From positions 8,254,655 through 8,318,654 of the forward strand of contig NC_134033.1 in assembly GCF_964204645.1 (NCBI RefSeq): DNA of 64,000 nucleotides, in the 5' to 3' direction. The stretch is from Tubulanus polymorphus (Eukaryota > Animalia > Nemertea). The translations under genes were made by a program, and so were the position numbers. How positions within the stretch are numbered: the stretch's first letter is position 1; each line of letters opens with the position of its first letter. The notes under the pieces were generated by a model. It saw only the letters and a program-made list of their open reading frames with translations. It searched no databases and was not told where the DNA came from. Shown piece by piece: positions 13,101 to 25,100 of the stretch.

Positions 13101-16100
13101 TTTTTCATAATCATACAGCCCAATTAGGAAAGAAGCTCCTAAGTCTAGTTGAGGCCAGTGCGGGTTATTGACGAAATAAAGTTTATCGACTGACATGGTT
13201 TTTAATAATTTCACGATAGGATTGCCTTTAGTTGGCAGGCAAGCTTACATCTTCACTCAGAATCGTTGTTACGCATGACCTGCGCCTTGGCGCGCATTAT
13301 CTATAACTGATACATACAAGCAGTGAACACGAGAGTATCAGGCGATATTGCCTATGCGACTGTACACGCCTGTTTTCAATGCGAACGCTCATTACTTTGC
13401 CGTGAATAACAAACTAATACAAATAATCAGGCTCCAAAACGGATCGTTAATGCGAACATTAAATGAAATTACTTCAATTAATGATGATAAAACAATTATT
13501 CCAGTCGTGTAAATATCAGACTCATCTTAAAAAATTTGAAGCTATCAGCTGATCAGTATCATCAGTGAATCAGCCGTGTGTGGCGAACACAGAAGTAAAT
13601 TTCCGCAATTTGAAACAAGAAGTTCGTCAGATATCTTGATGCAACGTTACCTGATGCACGGGATTTCAAAACTAGATGAATCATTGAACACATTGCACAC
13701 AATAAATCGTTATATCATACGCCTTGAGTATCAGTATTCGCACTAGAAATGATGAATATGAACCTTTTCAAATTGTGCCGCCATTTTGTTTAGCGAAATA
13801 ACGCGCACCTGCTGATCCACAAAATTAACATATTCAACGAATGCTATGACATCATGATGGAGTTCAAACCGGGTCAACACAAATTACATATAACCGAGAT
13901 TTTGGGGGGTTTCGTCTTTGAAAGCCCATAACTACCGAACAAAGCATTGGATCTTTACGAGATGAAGTTCTTCCGATGCAAATAGCATTGAATTTTCACA
14001 CGTGTTATTTTGGACAGTTTAAGATGCTGCATAGAAAACGTGCTCAAATAAATCGAATTTTTGACCTTTTTTTGGTTAATTTCTCAAAAGATATGAAACC
14101 CATGGCTTTCAACTTTTCGCACCATAAAGAAAATCAAATTACGAAATATATTTTTGCTTAATCCGCTCAATTCGCCCATTAGTAGTGAAATTACAGGCTA
14201 CTGAAATTGCGTCTTGAGTGTGCTAAAAATAGCTTCGAGCGTAGTGTATTAAGCATACGAATGATTATCGATCGACCTGGACCCAGTTCCACAGTTGTGG
14301 GTTAGAGTTAACTCTGAGTTAAAGTTAGTTCATTTTCAATGATTTAACTCAGAGTTAAATCATAACTCGGAACTGTGGAACTGGACCCAGACTGTTGACA
14401 TAGGCTTGCTAACACGAGCCAAAAATAGTGAGTGTGGGACCCGGGACCCAGCCATTGGCCTTTGACATGGTTGCTTTATCCAAGAAATACCTTGTTTTTT
14501 CTTCTGGACCCAAGCCTTCCAATTTTCCTTGATTTGCCCCTGATGAATACTTACCAGTTTCTCCTTTGACTCCATTTTTGCCATCCAATCCCAATCGTCC
14601 ATCGGCTCCTGGTTTTCCAATGTCACCCATTTCACCTTTTCTGCCTGTAAAACATTTATATAACGCAAAAAACGTTGAACTCATTTCGAGTCAATTCTAT
14701 CTGAAAACAATGGAATCAAGTCCTGATTTTTATATTATCTGAAAGGGCTTGAATTTCAAGCCGCAAAAGTTCATTGAAAAAACTTACCACTTAATCCGAT
14801 CATTCCATTGGGTCCAATTTCACCAGGAATACCGGGACGGCCATTACTACCTCGGAGCCCACGAGCACCATCATTGCCAGAATCACCCTTTTGCCCTCTT
14901 ACTCCCGGAAATCCAGCCAAACCTCGCTCTCCTCGTTCTCCTTTCTCTCCAGTCAAACCTGAAAACTTCCACATTTAAGAGCCAACAAATCTTTACCAAA
15001 ATACAAATCATTTCATTAGCTAGTTGTTTGAGCTTACCTGATTTTCCATCTGCTCCATCACGACCAGGGAAACCATTCGGTCCTGGTCTGCCAGTACCTT
15101 GTTCTCCTTTTGGTCCTTGGATTCCTGGTAAGCCGCTTACCCCTGAATTACCTATAAAACAGTAATTGCATATCAACTGCTAATATGATCAAATAAAATG
15201 CCATCAAATGCATTTTGTATACTGTGTATGAAGTTTGTTGAAAATATATTTCTATAAATCAAACGATAAACAAGATTCACTGCCCCCATTTCCAATTTCA
15301 CTGCCCTCCTCAAAAATTCACTGCTTTTCACAGCCGTGAGGGATTTTTTTTTCAATTCCCTGCTATTCATTAATTTTACAGCCCGCGACAAACCTTGTTT
15401 ACCTAAAAGGCCCGGATTGTTAAATAATAACATGACTTTCATGTTTCAACATTTTTGTTTGTTGAGCCAATCAGTGCGCATTATAAAATATTTAGCCAAG
15501 GCATATACTGGCAGAGGTTTTCTTTAACAAACTTCACTGAGGTTCATACATGAACCAATCAAAATAGGCCAACTCAATCAATAATTTTTTTCACTTTTAC
15601 AAGTGGAACTGGAGCCATTTCACCCGAACTTATCATGGTTTGCCCTACCCAACCAATGTTTGTTTGTTGATGGGCCTGTTAGATACAAATTCATTGACCA
15701 CAGGTGCCTCAACATGTACATCATGAACATGTAGGACGTGTACATATTACATGATAAAAACCATTTGTAGTAAAAAGATAATTGTTATTTTTGCTAATTT
15801 TGAGATCTGCACAATGCCGCTCATTAATCGAGGTTATCAACTAAGGGCAAAATTTCTGTTGGAAGATTTAAAGGGAACGCTAATTGAAAATGATGATGAT
15901 GAATGATTTAACAGCAGCTTAGTGAAATTTACTGTTTATTCCGTTTTCCCATTAATTCTTGTATTGTACCATCTACACAATCTGAAATCTTGTGTTCAAT
16001 GCAGTGCTCTTTGGAAGAAGAGTTCATAGAGCACAGTTTAGGACATTCTGTCCGATAACAAAATTAATACAAACAAGGCAATTCGATACTACGTATCTAT

Positions 16101-19100
16101 GTCCCCCGCGATAGCCAGTAGGGAATGAATGACCCCTGAAGACACTGATCTTTGGTATAGAAAAATGATGAGTGTATCCAGGGATAACCATACTATGAAG
16201 TATCATTTTCCTGCTATGAATGGTTATTAGGGTTTTCTGACTTTCGTCGAAAACCCTCTTGAAATTCTGTTGATTATTATTATTATATATTTTCCGCCGA
16301 TTTCGTCAAATAAAATTCATCTTCATTCAGATTCGGCAACTGACAGCTTCGAAACGAAATGTATAAATTGATACTGTAATAACGGTCTCTCTGAACCAAC
16401 AGATTGTCTGAATGTACTTTCCATCCTATTTGAAACTTAAAATTACTTATTAGGTTACTGTAAATAAAGAATTGAATTGAATTGTTAGACAACAAGCACC
16501 GGCGAAATAAAAGTTTGTGACGTCATTTAGTAAGTAAATAAAGGAGGGCTCCGAGAATTTCCAAATCGCGGGGGACTATACAGGGGTTAGACCATTCAAC
16601 CAAAAAGAGGATTGCTCCGATAATATCCAAATCATCTCTTTTTATTTTTTCCATCGAATACCCGGTAATTAATTTTTCCTTTCGATCACATGCATCCAGA
16701 AAACCCGTTATCGCTGCTTTGCAGCTATATTTATTATATATTTTCCGCCGATTTCGTCAAATGAAATTCATCTTCATTCAGATTCATTTTTTTTCAATTC
16801 CCTGCTATTCATTAATTTTACAGCCCGCGACAAACCTTGTTTACCTAAAAGGCCCGGATTGTTAAATAATAACATGACTTTCATGTTTCAACATTTTTGT
16901 TTGTTGAGCCAATCAGTACGCATTATAAAATATTTAGCCAAGGCATATACTGGCAGAGGTTTTCTTTAACAAACTTCACAGAGGTTCATACATGAAGTAT
17001 GTTCGAAGTTGTAAAACAACTTCGAACCAAAAACAGAAAATCCGTATTATAGACATTGACAAAGTGTCAGTTCCTGTCATCTCGCTATAACATGTATAGA
17101 AATATATTCTACACAATTATAGTTACCTTGAAGACCTTTTAATCCTTCTGGACCTCGAACACCTGGTATACCCGGAGATGGTCGTTCGCCCATTTCTCCT
17201 CGTTCACCCTTCTGCCCATCAGGACCCATATCACCTGGTAGTCCACGGGTGATGGCTGGACCAGGTCTACCGGATTCACCCTGAAATACACAATAACCTA
17301 GAAGCATTTTATTGAATTTAAACACTTGGCATGGTTCTTTTCACAATCCCCAGAAAAAAATGCATTGTCTTCACACAAAGCCCATTCTTGTTTATCCAAC
17401 TACAAATTACAAATACAGTACAACGGTACAATATTCGATCACTCAAAATGATCATCAAAAGAATTCTGTATCTAAGGAAAACATGGCTAAACAATGAGAT
17501 ATGCCGGTTGATAAAAAGCCATAGGTTGTATTTCTTGCTGATTTCGCAGTGACTTAGGACGTTCAGTGGGATTTCTGGCATTAATTAAGGTACTGTACTT
17601 ATGTCAGACAATGTTACACAGACTTCGCAGCTTGCATACCTTCATGCCTTTAAGTCCATCACGACCAGGACGACCAATCATTCCTCTTAAGCCAGTTCGA
17701 CCCAGGATACCTCCTGGGCCACGATCCCCAATCATACCTCGTGGTCCCGGTCGACCATCTACACTGATTCCCTCATATCCTATTTCACCTTTTTGACCTT
17801 TGAATCCTGGTCGGCCTGGCAATCCAGCTGGGCCTATGTCACCGGGGTCACCTAAATTAAAAAATGTTTCAATGCAATATATCATAATCATTAATCATAG
17901 GTTTCATTGAAGATGTGCCTGGCTCAACAACTGAACCTGGTTCTAAATTTCACTCTTAAGCAGACCTGCCAACATTGAGTTTGACTATGTCTGAACAATT
18001 CTGAATTTTGCCAGTAACATATAAGAGTTTCTCAGTAATATCACCAGTTTGACAGATTACACAATGGTTCCAAAATGTCTGAGTGTACTTTTCAAATTAG
18101 CCCGCAACTAATTGGAGTTTCCCAGTAACATTTATTGGAGTTTCCCAGTAACAGCACTGGTATCCCTATCCAAGGTGGGTTAGTTGAATTTGAGAAAATC
18201 ATGAATAGATTTGAATCTAATCTGAGAAGAAATCGAGCATTGATGTTATTTTATCCCAACTAAATCACTAGTGGAATCCTTGATACTGCTGAAGTATATC
18301 ACTGAAGAGTTGTCATCTAAAGCTTAAAAATTCACTCAATCACAAACTATATGTAAATGGTAAAACTAAAGGCTACCTGGGCGTCCTCGAATTCCATCAG
18401 TGCCATCAATTCCCGGGAAACCGTCAGAGCCTTTGTCTCCCTTGACAACATTCCAGACTCGCAGCGGTGCTTCATCGCCTTTCTCACCTGTTGATAAGAT
18501 ATAGATATCAAGGTCACACAAATTTGTAACTCTCACATCAGTTTTTTTAAAGTATCTTTTACCAGTGAACTCAGTGATCATTAAAGATTAGATTGAAAAA
18601 TTTTGGTTTTGGCTACAAGTTTTTCCCTACTTGGGGCCATTTTCTGCATTTTCACGAGCTGCTTTTCAGTAATTAACAGCATGAAGTTTTGTGGGTTTTT
18701 CTTCAACCAAATCACTGGTTTTGTCAATTCAGGATTCATTCGTTTTCCCCTTAGGTAAGAGTGCAGTTTACCTCACCATTCCGTCAGTGTAGGTAAAGAT
18801 TAGGGTGATTGGTTAGGTAAAGGACATTACCATTACCGAGTTTACTTAATAGTCCATTGACTTTGTAAGAATTATTGACACTGAGTGAAATATAAATAAG
18901 GGGGACATAATACTACTAATCCTTTCCTGAGAGGTATGAAAAAAAGAAATTGGAGTCCAGGGACACCGTGCCACTTGGGAGGTAGCTTCAAATGCTCAAT
19001 AATCTAACAATTCAATATTCAACAATCCCTGGTGACTGTATACTGAAATCAATGACCTTGAAAACTTACCACAATCATAGAAATACTAAGATATTCTACT

Positions 19101-22100
19101 ATTCAACACCCCCTGGTGGCCATACAAAACCAAATGACTGTGAAACTCATAGAACACACAATTATAAAACATGTCATGAGCTACAATTTCGAAATTGATT
19201 GTTGTAACAAAATATGCCTAGGTACCAATATAATTTGGAAATACTAAGTTATTGTACTATTCAATGCCCTGGTGACCATATACAAAAACCAATGACCTTG
19301 AAACTCACCACAATCATAAAATAAGTCATGAGCTACAACTTAGCATTTGATTATGATTACAAAATATCGATAGGTGCCAATATAAATACACTGGTGGCAA
19401 TATAAATATACTGGTGGCAAGAACAAAGAATTGGGTCATCCCAATACCACATGAGGAGATAGATGTATCCTATGCCTGTACTAATAAAATTCAAATATTA
19501 AGAGCCAGTGCTAAAAAAATTCAAATAAGTTAAACCCTGTTGATATTTTCCTCAAAAAACCTTTTCCACCTACAAAAGAGTACTGATAGCAATAAGATGG
19601 CAACCATTGCGTGATAATTGGCTGATCGAAAATACCTATCTGATTTATTAAGTCCAAAGTGGGCTGAAATTTATATCATTACAAAACAATTCTATTGGTT
19701 TTTCAAATCAATAGTTTGAGAAGTGCAAAAGAACTAATACATAACCCAAGGGCTGCCAACAAACCTAAATTCTTTAATCAAGTAACTATATTCAGGGATT
19801 GACACAGATAACCAGGGGACAGGTAGCCATTCTCAGAGACTGTCCCAGACAATCAGGGGATAGTAAGCCATTATCAGGTACTGAAACTGACATTCAGGGA
19901 CAGTAAGCTGTAGTAGGCACTGTTCCTGGAAATCAGGATGATAAACCTTTTTCAGCGACTGTTTCTGACAAATAAGAGCCCGATTTCAAGAGCAGGTTTT
20001 TTACTTTTTATTCGAATTAGGTGATAATTTCGAATTAAAAATGCTTAATATGGATCAGTTAATTCAATGATTAAATCTGTTTCACAAACGCGAATTAATG
20101 AAAAAAAAGTTAAGTTGAATTATCTCTGAAGTTAATTCCAAATTAGCTTCGCACAATACATTAGTCCTATAACCTGAACAAAATTACAATTGAATTTGAA
20201 TGTTATGTATTTTCTTTGAATTCAGGGTTAAATTTCCAGGTTAATTCAAATCAAAGTTATTTTGCGTTTGTTAAACGGGCATCGAAAATTAATAAGGTTG
20301 GCAACACTTTACTAAAACTAGCAATGAACTAATGCAAGTTTAGAGTTTATTTGCAATCTTACCTTGTTGACCTAAAGCGATAAAGAAGCGAAGCAAAATA
20401 ATGAATAAATTGAGTAAGCAAATTAAAAGGCATATTTCGTATCCTGGCATTTACTAAAGCTATGAATACATTTTAGGCAAATGATATAAAAGCAGATGTT
20501 AAAATAAAGCTGTAAGATTATTTTTCATCAAGTTGAAACATTATTCATTTGATGTGATATCATTGACGTTAGCAGAAACACAAAGTAGACAACTGTAGAT
20601 ACGCTAGTAGCTTGTATATTGGAATGTAGGCAAGCTATGAAATGTAGGTACGCAGTACACCACAAAGTATAATGACATTTTCTCAACTAGGGGTCCAGGG
20701 ACACCATGCCTACTTGGAAGTGGTTTCTAATGCTCAACAATCTAACAATTTCAATATTCAACGCCTCCATCCAATGACCTTGAAAAAAATTTCAATGACC
20801 TTGAAACTCTCCACAATTGTAGAACATGTCAGCAGCTACGATTTTGAAATTGATTGTTGTAACAAAATATGCCAAGTTACTATTATAAGTTATTCTACAA
20901 TACAACACCCTGGTGGCCATATGCAAAGGCCAATGACTTTGAAACTAACCATAAACATAGAACATGTCATGAGCTACAACCTTTCAATTGATCATGGTAA
21001 CAAAATATGCCTAGGTGCCAATATAATAAGGGAATACTATGTTATTGTATTGTTCAACGCCCCCTGGTGGCCATATACAAAAACCAATGGCCTTGAATCT
21101 CACCACAATTATAGACCATGTCATGAGCTAGAACTTTCCAATTGATAGTGGTGACAAAATATGCATAGGTACCAATATAATATGGAAATACTAAATCATT
21201 GAATTGTTCAACACTCCATGGTGGCCATATACAAAACCAATGACCTCCAAAACTCACCACAATCATAGAACATGTCAGCAGTTACGATTCTGTAATTGCG
21301 GAAACAAACTATGCCTACTTACCAATATAATATGGAAATACTAAGTTATTCTAGTATTCATGCCCATATGACCATATGCAAAGCCCAATGACCTCGAAAC
21401 TATTTTAATTCATAGAACATGCTATGAGCTACAACTTTGCAATTGATCATGGTATCAAAATATGTCTAGGTACCGGTACCAATATAATTAGGAAATACTA
21501 AGCTATTCTACTTTTCAACACCCCTGGTGACTATATAGAATAACTAGTGACCTTGAAACCCACCACAATCATTGAACAATTCAATTCAATTCCAAATTTA
21601 TTGCGTCCTTATAATTACAGAGATTACATGAGACAGACATGGCAATAAAATATACATACAAAGAGACACTGACCAATAACAGGAGAAAGAGCAAAAAAAC
21701 AAACACATTTGAACAATACAAACAGGTGGTTACCAAGTTACTCACAATTGCGAAATTATAAACTACAAAAACAGAACAATAAGTCAAGCAGCAAAACATG
21801 TCATGAGCTGCAACTTTTCAATTGATTGTGGTAACAAAATATGCATAGGTACAAATATAATATAGAAATTCTAAGTTATTGCATTGTTCAATGCCCCCTG
21901 GTGGCCATATACAAAAACTTATGGCCTTGAAACCCACCACAATCAAAGAACACGTTATGAGCTACAACTTTGATTTTGGTAACAAAATATGCTTAGGTAT
22001 CAATATAATGTGGAAATACATTTTTCCACCAACGAATGAGTACTGATGACACCAAGATGGCCGACAATTGCGTCATAATTGGCTGATCAAAAATACCTGT

Positions 22101-25100
22101 CTTGGGTATAAAAGACCTCTTTTCAAAGAAGACCTCTTTTCAAAGAATACCCATCACAAATTGCGATGAAAAATGGCAAAACATTAGGAAGTTACAGGAC
22201 TCAGAATTCAGGCCAAAATTGACATTTTTGGGCACAAAAAAGGTCACAGCATTTTGAGTCCGATCAACCCAATTTTGTTCATGCGGATGGGCCCTCGGGG
22301 GATACAAATATATCTGAAAGATAAAGGTAATTGATATGCGTCTTTAAAATTTCCCTCGAAAACTTCAAAAATGTGTAAAAAGTGCTGAATTTGGCGAACA
22401 ACAATGGCTGCAAGTCGGCCATCTTGAATCTGAGAGGGCTAGTTTTTGGGCTGAAGATATGTGTATACACCAAATATCAAGTCACTACCTTGAAGCGTCT
22501 TCAAAACTTCCCAAAATAACTGGATTCCGTCTACGGATGGACGAATGGACGAACAGAATGGACAGATGGAGGAGGACGAAAAGTGAACGCGATAGCCCGC
22601 TGGGACTAAAGTCCCAAGTGGGCTAAAAATGATGATGTCACTAGAAAGTCCAATTGTAAATTAGAAAAGGAGGTGGGAGTGAATGAGTATGAACGAGTCA
22701 CATATGTTATCAGATGGTCGGCAATTCTATTCATGATCAGAATTTTCATACCGCCCACGGCTAACTGGGTCACAGCTGCAGCGAGTGTGTGATGGTAAAA
22801 TCTCCCATCACACAGGTCCGTTTCCTAGACGTTAGGCCTGTGCCATCAAGTATGCTACACTAGGACATGCTGTACTGACAGTAGCATCAACCATGCGCAT
22901 GCGCATGCGCAGTTGAGATTTTCGGCGTATCGCGGTCAACTTAAACGTTTTTCAGAGGAAAAAATCAGATGAAAATTGAATATTTTATGGCAAAAAAACC
23001 TCAGTTAGTAAGAAAACTTTGACATAAAATATACCTTGAAGAGACAACTGGCCACATATTAATTTAACATCATAAAATACGTTGAAATGCATTGCATTTC
23101 TTTACCTTCATCAATGTAGTGGCCACTAACCGGAACACTTATAAATGCATGATTGAAATATGAGAATTATTTCATTGAGGACTGCGCATATCCGGATATG
23201 TGTAGTCATGTTGCTATGATACATATATACAACAACGTGTCAATTGGTTATGCCTATCTAAGAAAAAAGTATACAATACCATCCTGCTATCAATAGGCCT
23301 ACCCTCTTTTAGTCACAAAGTCAAGAATCAATGATTATAGATTAAAGATAATGTCAGCGTTTAAAAATTTTTTTTCAGTAACATGGCGGATGATGTTTGT
23401 CGCTTGTGTGGTTCATCTGCAGCCAATAATGACCGTAATCGATACAACAAAATGAAGTTCAGTTCACACGTTTCAATATTATTTGGCATTGATTTTCGCT
23501 GCGGACTCCACCGGTATACACCCAAATTTTATTTGCAATCTTTGCCAACAAAAATTACAACGTTGCCGTAAGACCAAAAATAAATCGAGAAATATTCCGA
23601 ATAATGTCGTTTTAAAAACATGGAACGTCGAAACCCCTCCGCCAGATAACTTTCAGTACATTGCGTCGAAAAAGTGAATGTGAAAGTGAATGAAAAAACG
23701 TATTCATTCTATTCTGATAACTGCATACGAATGGTGGAATACAGCACTGAACACCGATTCTTTATCGATCAATTAGAAGTGACTGATTCTTTGCGTGATA
23801 AATTTGAAATCGAGGACAAATCGCTGAAATTTAAGAAACTTAAACTGTGCTGTGGTAACCCTGATATCGTTGATGTCGTAGCTGGTCGTGGTCTGAATGA
23901 GTTCTGAAATCAGAAGGGATTTGTGATAGCTACCCTTCAGACAACAAATTTAAGTAAAATTGTAAATAATATATCTGTCGATCGCTGTGATGCGTGTAAA
24001 ACATTTCGTGGATGCCTCTTCACAATGCACACCGTTTGACATCTGCAACTTCATTGCGAACCTGTGTAAATAGTAAGGTATGATACAATTATTTGTCAAA
24101 TGAGCAGCTTAAGATCTGTCTCCGTGAAACACAAGGTCAACGTCAACATTTTAAGAAAGTTGAAGAACGGCTAAAACAATATAATTTTGAAGCTGCAAAT
24201 GTCGTCGTTACACCTGAACTATCAGTGTTGTTAACGAAATCGGTTGAGGAAAATATTGACCAATTCAATAACGACTTTCCGAGTGGATCTGTTCAAGAAC
24301 TTCTTTGGCAACAACAGCGTCTCCAAAATTCAAAATCCACCAAACATATGCGATGGCATCCTTTGATAATTAAGTGGTGCATAGCTTTGCGACACAAATC
24401 GAAATCGGTGTACAACTTCATTCGAGACTCTGGATTTTTACAGCTATTCCACTCTAGTACTTTGTATACACGCTTTACAGATCCATGCTCAGGATTTAAT
24501 AGTGAATTCATTGAACATGCCTTAAATGACATGAATTTTGAGGCAATGCCAGATTTTCAAAAAAATGTGTTTGCTATATGATGAAATGAAAATTAAATCG
24601 GAACTGATCTATTCCAAAAAAACTTTTGTCAAATGGGAGACATCAATAACGCAATTGAGAAATTTAATCGATCATTGGAAAACAATGAGAAAGATCTAGC
24701 GACCCACGTGTGTATTTTTATGGCTCGGGGATTGTTTTCTAACATGAAACTTCTGCTTGGATATGACAAGTCTCGGAGAATTTATTTTATAATGTGACGT
24801 GCCGCACTTGATCAAAACTAGCCGCAACAACCTCAACAATTCAACAGAAAATCACAGGATTTAATGGTAGGTCTTAATAGATCTAATTGTGTCTTGTTGA
24901 TTTATTTAATGTACCTAATGGTGAATTTTTGTATATTTCAGTTCCGTGGTTAAATGGACTCAATTGCTACGATTAGTTGAAGCAGAAGTTGGAATTAATA
25001 GGCAGGCTCCACGGCTGAATCGTCTGAGAAAATTTCGACAGTTGATTGATTCTTTGCATACAGGTGATGAACAAATTTTTCGATTGCCTGAATGTTTCGA

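Noticed and set aside
20760-22020. Regularly spaced repeats as a CRISPR-like array
   Set aside because: Whole 153-bp units are homologous (no unique spacers), the context is eukaryotic, and the array lies inside HINE termini.
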